Assembly: GCF_006345805.1 (NCBI RefSeq) | Contig: NC_043011.1 | Span: 66,786,464-66,850,463, forward strand | Length of the DNA: 64,000 nucleotides | Reading direction: 5' to 3' | Source: Octopus sinensis | Taxonomy: Eukaryota | Shown: piece by piece, positions 55,281 to 64,000 of the stretch | Layout: the number at the start of each line of letters is the position of its first letter | Numbering within the stretch: the stretch's first letter is position 1 | The notes under the pieces: generated by a model | Seen by the model: the letters and a program-made list of their open reading frames with translations, nothing else | The model's database searches: none | What the model was told of the DNA's origin: nothing | Position numbers and translations under genes: made by a program

Positions 55281-55713
55281 ATTTACATGATAAATATTAT
55301 ATATTTTTTATATGCTTTCTATATATATATATATATATTACATATTTTTATATATTACTTTATATTATATTTTTACTTTCTAGGTGTTGTAATGTTTTTA
55401 AAAAAAATGTATTTTTCTGAATCGCTAAAGTATTAACTCTAAACCGTGATGAACGTTTTTCTAGCACCTTATATATGCTTATATGCTTGTACAGATGAAT
55501 TATGTTCCATCTTGCGGGATGTTTATATGTATATTCCATGATTAAATGTTCGAATTATGAAATGCTATTCGGTTGACCTTGCATTTGTTTGTTCTATAAC
55601 CTTAGTTTGACATATTTGTATCTTTCAATAGAGCACTTCTATAGCGGTCCTATTAATCTCTTTGTTCCTGACAAGAAACAATCACTGTATTATTGATATA
55701 TATATATATATAT

Positions 55714-56004
55714 AAACAATTGCATCATGGAAGGTGTTTATAAGCCATTTAAGAAACACACAAAAGCCGTTCGATTCACTTCAACATTTAAGTTTAATTT
55801 GTCAAAATATTTTCGTCGCTAAATCCGCGACCTGTTCACTGACTAAAATCCGTGATGCAGCACAGATTTTTGTCAGTGAACAGGTCGCGGATTTTAGCGA
55901 CGAAAATATTTTGACAAATTAAACTTAAATGTTGAAGTGAATCGAACGGCTTTTGTGTGTTTCTTAAATGGCTTATAAACACCTTCCACGCGCTGCAATT
56001 GTTT
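55714..56004. repeat. Near-perfect fold-back (~140 bp arms)
   Basis: TGGAAGGTGTTTATAAGCC...GGCTTATAAACACCTTCCA with a very short spacer near 55855. Confidence 0.95.
55869..55918 (+). ncRNA. Hammerhead-like motif with swapped G3-C8 core
   Basis: TTTGTCA-GTGAACA-G-GTCGC(GGATTTTA)GCGAC-GAAA-ATAT-TT-TGACAAA; mirror copy on minus strand ~55798-55848. Confidence 0.5.
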
Positions 56005-56899
56005 TCGTTCAGCACACGATCTCAGATCAATTACTTGCTATGCGAGTACATCTCCTATATATATATATTATATATATATATTGACTAAGACTATTAGGGA
56101 AATACTGCAAGCATGGTAACTGCATCTATGATTGATCTTGTTACGTCATTGTCGGCAAGTTCTATTAAAAAGCAGAAACGTAACTAATTAACATATACTT
56201 TCTTTTCTGGATTGTTCCTCCAAAGGTGTGCTTTAGAACGATTCATGTGATCTTACCATTCTACAATGAGACTATTCTTTCTCTAACAATCTTTTCTATA
56301 AGTTAAGAAGGGAAATGTACATTAAAGAAAGTAAGCAGTATAAGTTTAGTTGGGGTCATAGCTGGTAATGGATTGTGGGTTCATTCTTTATTTATTAGTC
56401 TTTTCAATTACATTGGTTGTACACATATTCTCTTTAAATTGCGATTAAATAACCATAAATCATATTTTAAGGACCCTAGAAAAGAGTACCCGCCTATCAA
56501 AAAATGTCTGGTAACTGATAAGAGACGACATAGATTACAAAATCTGTTGGAAGATTATCTCTTCAGTTCCTACTTATAGGCTCAGCAGCAGGATATTTTA
56601 ATGTCTGAAAGAATGTTATAATTTTATGAAAAGGAAAATTCTCTATTGAATTCGAGAGATGAAAATTTTTACTTTTAAACATATGTCACAATTCCATTGA
56701 GCCTAAACGTAAGCACCTGTAGGAAGAAATTATTATCAATATATTCAAAATAAATATTAACCACTACCTCTCTATTTACTATTCTCTTTATATATATACA
56801 CACATTTACTTTTACTTATTTCAGTTTCTTTCAACTCCCAGACATTTTTAGGGAGACTTGTTGCTGTTCTATTTTCAGGGTACCGAAACGAATTTCGAT

Positions 56900-59800
56900 G
56901 GAAATACACCCTTGTCTCGCAGGAATTTTCCCTGTCCCCTGTATATGTCTTATATGTTTTGCGAGTCGTCTTTTATTTATTAGATAAGAACATAAATCCT
57001 ATACATGTGGATTGATTGGCATTTATTAGAATACCAAGTAATTTTTATTCCGTTCCTTATTCTACTTCTAAAATTATACATAGCATATCTTGGTCCAATT
57101 TCTAAACTATAAATTCATCATTTAAAACGATTTAACGTATATAATACGCAATAGCATGAGGGCTATTGATAATTTTTTGCGTGTTAAATATGTGCACACA
57201 ATCATTTTATATGATTTTTACTCACAGAAATGAATTTCCTTGAACGTTACAAATCTAAATACTCAATGCGCAAATTAGAATTGAGATATTGCGACATCTA
57301 TCATCTTTATCCTCACAGAGAATATTACAAGACTGATGCAAGACTTTATTACATTTATTCTAGATTTGCTTCGCTACAAATGTTAAATAATGCTCTCAAA
57401 GTAAAACACATCAGGCATTTATATATGAGGGATTGTTATTAAAGCCCTATTACAGTATTTCCAATACCTGACTTCAGAGTTAAGTAAAAATCACATATTA
57501 CTTATGCTCTCAGGTATCGGTTACATCGTAACCGATACCTAAGCAAAGTTTAGTGCTTCCATTAATTTTTTTTTTATATATGTTATTAATATATGCGTCA
57601 TAATTTCTCTTGTGTGTCCAGTCATTGCTTCATGTTTGACAGATTATAGTTTACGTTCCGATAAAGTTATTTCTTGTTAAAAGTAAAATTTGAGGATTAC
57701 GATGAAACCTACAACAATTTCTATTATTCTTAACATTATTGATTTTGTTTGTATTACATAATTTTCATCCCGGGTGAATATTTCCAATATTATAATCAAA
57801 ACTATTTGATAATTCCCAAAACTGACACAGTAAAAATCGATGAAATCTCACAAAGATAATTTCATGTTAGGTTAAAGCATACCGTGCAGAACAATATAAG
57901 ATATCGGCAATGTCACGTGTAAAACTGCATACATTTGTAGTGAAGCCGATCTCTTGTAAAATTATGATTTCACTTTCACGCCTCATCTCATTGCATAACT
58001 TCTTCAAAATGATACACATATATACTTCTGGCATAATATGATCTTATGTGTATGTAAGCAATAGAGTCACAACAGCAGTTGAAAACAGAGGTTGGCTCTT
58101 AAACTATTAGTGGAAGTAAAGTTTTGTTATTCAAAATTTTATATCGTTAATATTTAAAATTAATTACTTAAGCTAGTTTACTTTGGTTATCTTGTATTGC
58201 ATAAACATTTACCCTATAAGCTGTTCCCAGAGATGGTTTAATTACATGACGAAGAGGTTTTGCTGTATAGGTACAGATTATTGAACATATCTGATCAATT
58301 CCGTGTACCTTATGATTCTTAAAACCTATCACTAGTGTGTTTTCGCATAATAATCCGTATTGTCATTGAGCTTTTCATTGATAACAAATTTATTAGCAAC
58401 GTATATGTAAAGCATCACAATTATGTGATATTTCTTATTAAAAGGGTACACAAGTTATTGAAATACATTCAAAATATCACGGCATGGAATAATGCTACCG
58501 TGTGTGTAATATGAATCTAGCACCACATTCGAATCGTAATCGTAAGTCAAATGCACACTGCTATATTCTATGTATAGTGTAAGTTAATCTATGAATAGCA
58601 TTATTGTGACTGCAACAAGAACTTTATTCAATTTTATTCAACTTTATTCAATTTATTCAACTTTACTCAATTTTATTCATCTTTATTCAATACGAATATG
58701 GAGTATATATTACATGTGTATATTACATGTTTCTCACTGTAAACACGTCTATTATATTCCATGGCACTCTATAATATCATGGTAATACCACATTCAAATG
58801 TAATACAACTGTATCAAATTAAATTACACACGTGCTGCTACTGCAAACGTCCTTTGTTTTCTTTGGTTTTTGGTACAGCTATTGCAAATTCATTGGAAAT
58901 GTTCAACATACTATTTCACCGATAGGAGAATAACAGCTGTGATTAATATAGAACAGTTTCAATAGCATATCCTTCATTTGTTGAAGCTGTAGTCATATAC
59001 TGAAGACACATTGGCAGCAGAAACGCAGTGCTTATTCCAACAGTGTTGCCAGAGCTTTTAGTCGTGCTTTTATTCGGGTCTTTCTTAATCTGAAAGAAAA
59101 CGAACAATATATCTTACAAAAAATAAACCATGGAGATTTGAGGCTATAAAAAATACTGAAATTATGACCGTTGGATAGAGTAAGTCCTGTGTCACATTAT
59201 TTGGTACTTAATGAGTAGTTAAAACGCAGCTAAGTACCATATTCTTTCTTTTCTTGCTCGATCGTTCAATCAAGGATCTGTTTTAGTAAAAATATGTGAT
59301 TGTTTTTATTGTGACAATAAAACAATTATTATTCGATCGATTGCTACTCATTGCACTGCGGTAGGAATAAGTGAATTAAATGCAAACTAAAGAATATTAT
59401 CACTCGCTCTTTGTTTTGACGAAGAAGACGATAGTAAGCCAGTCTACATACCTCACACTTATGTCTATACATGAATTTGAAATTTTCCATACAATATGGG
59501 TCTACTTTATGGAACATCCCCATAAGCTCTGGTATCTCCTGGAAGGGAAAAATATAATTGAAAATTATACATCCATGTACTCTTGTGTAGTTTATGTATT
59601 TCATGTTCCAATGTCAAATATATTCTGGACTCGATCTCGATTTTCAAGGGACCGAGTATTACACGTAGAAAGAACGACAGACAATACTCAGCCTTTAAAA
59701 ACGTCTCAACTCATTTGCGTTGTTCTGTCAAAAGACATATCGCAGGAAAGTGCACATTGCGTCAGGTTTAATATCATCCAATGTTTATCACTTCGAAGAA

Positions 59801-60160
59801 TTGTAAAGAACTAGAGTAAATTAATTCAACTTCAATACAAAATTAACAAAAATCTATCTGTATGTTTCATATTGGCATGAGTATTACCTAGCACAGCTTC
59901 TAGGTTCTTTTCTCTAATGCCATGCTGCGATATTGGCTGTAAATTGCCAATAATCCTAAGCCAGAGTGTAGCAGAATTGCTTTCACAAATGCTATTTGTT
60001 CAATTACCATTCGTTTAGAGACCATAGGACAGGTTTATGCTATCAGAAATGGCAGTAATAAAATGTATTAGCCAAACGATATATGAAGATTTCGTCATGG
60101 AAATGTGTAAATAGATCTAGAATTTCGTGAAAGGTTTTCTAACAATTAATATATGTCAAT
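56900..60160 (+). repeat. Ancient unit block B (copy 5)
   Basis: Upstream part aligns to 7140-8250; downstream part is the near-identical partner of 45083-47210. Confidence 0.75.
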
Positions 60161-60169
60161 AATTAGATG

Positions 60170-60233
<64 letters not shown>

Positions 60234-60425
60234 TATATATATTATATATATATATATATACTAATATTAACATAGATACTAACAGTAAGATCATACATAC
60301 ATGCAGAATAATTTGGTATTTTCAGGGTGTGCAAATCTAGAACAACTATGTCTTGCTTCTCCAACACAATCAATTGACACTGCAACACCTAAAATATTTC
60401 GAATTTCATAATATACGAATACATC

Positions 60426-62722
60426 TGTAGAGATGCGAATGAGGTTTTCGTTGGCATCAATATGATGACATTAAGAGTTATTAAGATACATAAGAAGAAC
60501 AGCGACAAACTTTACAGTTGCGGATATAACATTGGAACGAAGCGGGGTGTAAAGCGATGTATTCACAGACGTAACTTCCTACTCCAACACGCGAGACACC
60601 AACGGCATTCTTCCAGTTTCAATTAGACACGTTAATCTTATAAGGCTTCAAAGAGCTCCCTTTTAATCAAAAGGATGTTACTATATATCCCTACAAATCC
60701 CATTTTCAGATCGACATCCGTTGGAAGTGGACTTTATTTTACACATCATCCCCTTTTAGAGATTTACTTCCCTGGAAGCTTAATATTTTTTCGTTTTGGA
60801 ACTACATCTAATGATTCTGTATTTTTTCTTTTTCTTGTACTAGGTCAATGATTTATTGCGGAGTCGCTGCATCAAAGACATCGTAGAGAACTCCCATGGG
60901 TACTTCTTTCCTAGTAACAATTTCTCCAGTAAACCTTCAGCTGACTCATCTCTCTTTTATTCCTATTTCGAAACTGTCTTCATGTACATTATTCTACAGA
61001 TCGGTGTTATTATTTCGCCGTCCTCAACCTTCCTTTCCAATTCTGTATTCTGTGAACAACACCTTACCCCAAGCTTTTGAATATATGGTCGTATTTTTAC
61101 TGTCTTGCCAAGTTTTCATTGATTGCTCAGGTAATTATTTGTCAAAAACTGACCTAGTTTTTCTTGTGAGCAAAAGTTCAGCAGGTGACTTGCTTGAAGA
61201 GGTATTTGGATATACCATTACCTGGTAAACTTACAGGAACTGTTGCAACGCTAACTCATACAACTTATCCCTTCGATCTTGTGTGATACGAAGGAGGACA
61301 TCTTGCAAATTTCTAAAATGTACTCGCAGTAAATTTGTACCATTATCAGAGACTATGGTTCCCGGAACCCCATACTTTGCAAACATTCCCTGTAGAAATA
61401 CCACTGTTACCGCGGGGGTAGGTTTTCAACATTTACTAATTTCTGGCTTTTTTTCTAAGACATCTACTACTATAAGATATCATCAGTTCTATGATCCTGC
61501 ATGAATTGTATGAAGCCAGGTCCATGGAATATCAGTCTTGGACCAGGGTTGAAACTTTGTAGGAAGTGAGTGCGCTGCAAGAGCTCAACTGTTGCAGGAT
61601 TTTAGTAACTTTTCAATATCGAGATCCATTTTCGTCGGTAAAAATAACTCCTCATAAGTGACTTCATCCGAGAAATTCCAGGATGTCCAGTGAGAAGTCC
61701 CTTTAATATTCGACTTTGTAGTGATGCAGATAATACGGCCCTTTGTGCATATATAAGCATACTATATATATCGAATACAAATTCGAAACTCTGTTACGTC
61801 CAGAAAAATGTATTTTTTGTTTCTTTTGATTTGACTATTTTTCTTCATTTTCATCACAGACCCGTCCGTCTCTGCCTTAGTTTTTATTTCCCCCAGCCTC
61901 ACAGGCAATTCATGCACAAAGTTGCATAAAATACTTTTATTTCATTTTCTACACTTAACGCCGTTCTTACTCTGTTTTCTAGTGGAGTCATCATTCAGTA
62001 GGCTCATTCACCTGTGTTGTTGTATAAGCGGGGATATCCTTCTTTCATCCATAGATCAACAGTCTGCAAACGTTATCTTCTCCCATGTATGAATTCATGG
62101 AATTTTTTTACTGCAAATATGATGGTTAATGCTTCTTTCTCTGCATAAGCGTAAATTTTGTCAACCAGCAATAAGGATCGCGAACCATGATCTACAAATT
62201 TCATATTTGTGGAAAATCACATCTCCAAAACGAATTTCATTAGCGTCAGATGCCATTTCTAAATTCAGGTTTAACTGTTATAAAACCTTCCGATGTTAAG
62301 AGATTTTTAATTTCTTGAAAATTTTTTGGTATTTGTCCGACTAATTCCACTTAAAGTTTCTTTTAATAAGTTATTCAGGGATGCTCTCAAATCATGCATA
62401 TTCGGTATATATACCTCAGTAATTTGCGTGCCATAAAAATACTTGTAACTATATATTGTTTCATGGGAGAGGGATATTATATATTGCAGTCGTCCTTGCA
62501 CTCTTCCTTTAAGATTATCTATTATTAAAAATTTCGATATTCCCCATCTCCTCGTGCCTGCATATATGCTTCAAATAGGTCCAATTTCCTCCATTGAACT
62601 TCCCGAACATTTTGTCCGAACTTGGTTACGGTAATCATATGATATCAAACATTTGTTTAACGCTTAGGAAAATCAGCTTATACACGGATTTATTATATTT
62701 TGTTGATATTAACTGTTGGGCT
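60426..62722 (-). mobile_element. Ty3/Gypsy LTR retrotransposon remnant (RT-RH-IN, 3' LTR ~60426-60604)
   Basis: Integrase motifs GHPGISRMKSLMRSY, FAKYGVPGTIVSDNGT, KSPAELL; RNase H as in 47.6-47.8 kb; LTR starts TGTAGAG on plus strand. Confidence 0.9.
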
Positions 62723-64000
62723 CGCAATCCTAAAAGTCTCGTCGTCGACACTATTATATACTTGGTTGCCTATATATGCTTTTAAGAAAGCTGTGGGAAA
62801 GCAAAGTATTCACAAACCAAACTTCCGACTGTCATCACCCGAGACTCCTGCATCTTCTCTTGTCTCAAGGAGACACATTATTCTTTATAAGAGTTCGACG
62901 TATCCTCCTTTTAATCGCACAGGGGTTTAATATGTCTATCACCACAAAAATATTATTTTTCAAATGGATCCAATCCACGTTTGTATTCTGCAAACGATGA
63001 GCAGTTTGCTATAATATAATATCAATAATATACACTCGACTTATAGCTGTAGCTGAAGGGTATGAACATATATCATAAACTTTATTACCATTCCTCAACT
63101 GATGATTTATTGCCAAATTTTGATCTAAGTTCTTGTAGCATTTCTCTCCTTAAATTTTGTCGTTTTTTAGATATATAAAAGTCACAAGTTTAACCGTTGC
63201 CAGTTGTTTGTCTGTTTATACTTTATATCGTTGGGCTTCTATCGGCACCTTTGGAGCAAAGACAATAGCAAATCTCCACAAGGCAACCTACATGTTTAGT
63301 TTCAGCCCATGTTGCATGTCAGTCTGAGCATTTACCGCATTTCAGATCGAATGTTATTAGTATCACTAATTATATATATAAATATATAAATATGCGTGTG
63401 TGTGCGGGGTCTGTGTGTCTGTATGTCTGTGTGTCTATGGGTGTGTGTGAGCGTTTGTTTGTGTGTCTGTGGGCGTGCGTATACATGTCTGTGATGTGTG
63501 TGTGCATGTCCGTGTTTATGCGTATGTGGAGAACTTTCTTTCTATGATTAAAAAAATCCATCAATAGCAGATATGCTGTCACGTGTACATGCTACATGTA
63601 CATGATCTGACACAAGACACTAAATTTACGTCATTTATATTTGTAAACATTTTAAATACTGTGAAATATTTTGTACACCAAGTATGAATGGAATGGAAAG
63701 ATTCTTGCCGAAATGATTCGGCTGATAAAATAGAACATTCTAAACATCATATCAACAAAAGGAGCCGCAATTCATCCAACAGATTCAAAACATTATCGAT
63801 TACAAACCGAGAATATAGATGTAGATTATTTTCGAAAATCTCGCGGTATCAGAGTTAAACATCAGAAGTGTTGGGCACAAATCTTTCTGAACTGAGCTTC
63901 TGCTAATTTATGTGTCGTCCAGAACACAGAAAATGGTTTGATCTGTACCAAGTGGTTACTTAACAACGTTAAAAACGATCGCGAACATTGCAAGATTTGG

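Noticed and set aside
57512-57540. 13-bp perfect hairpin (also an 11-bp one near 10833-10858) as a terminator or regulatory element
   Set aside because: Eukaryotic context and no associated transcript evidence; noted only as further short palindromes.
59380-59814. 144-aa ORF as a real gene (TIR-like strings such as LKTSQLICVVLSK)
   Set aside because: The near-identical partner at 46.4-46.9 kb is broken by indels, and TIR box spacing and the RDxxPG motif do not fit.
62730-63370. Possible additional transposon coding remnant
   Set aside because: No motif recognisable with confidence in any frame.

Overview
AT-rich, microsatellite-dense eukaryotic non-genic DNA. The SINE families, (TA)n load and Gypsy/CR1 types suggest an octopod cephalopod (inference). 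No intact host gene, tRNA/rRNA gene or CRISPR array is supportable. The backbone is an old, locally multiplied, unidentified multi-kb unit (at least 5 same-orientation copies, visibly diverged) plus a younger ~13 kb-offset duplication (45.1-49.9 kb vs 58.0-64.0 kb). It is interrupted by decayed mobile elements: two CR1-group LINE families, Penelope-like RT fragments, mariner, an IR/DR Tc1, Gypsy LTR remnants, a Chapaev/CMC-like remnant, a piggyBac-like remnant and tRNA-derived SINEs. The main result is a set of small non-coding repeats carrying minimal type I hammerhead-ribozyme motifs with palindromic stem III. (1) A 4.2 x ~480 bp tandem array has a canonical CUGAUGA core. (2) A ~360 bp unit in inverted arrangement has a UUGAAAA core (U3-A8). 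(3) A ~290 bp fold-back has a GUGAACA core (G3-C8). Together these give three different Watson-Crick pairs at the tertiary 3:8 position in unrelated repeats. Also notable are a LINE ORF1 with a Myb/SANT-like helix domain plus CCCH fingers, and back-to-back perfect palindromes at a LINE junction. Everything was read by eye, coordinates of degenerate elements are approximate, many 1-nt indels may be long-read consensus errors, and ribozyme activity is untested.
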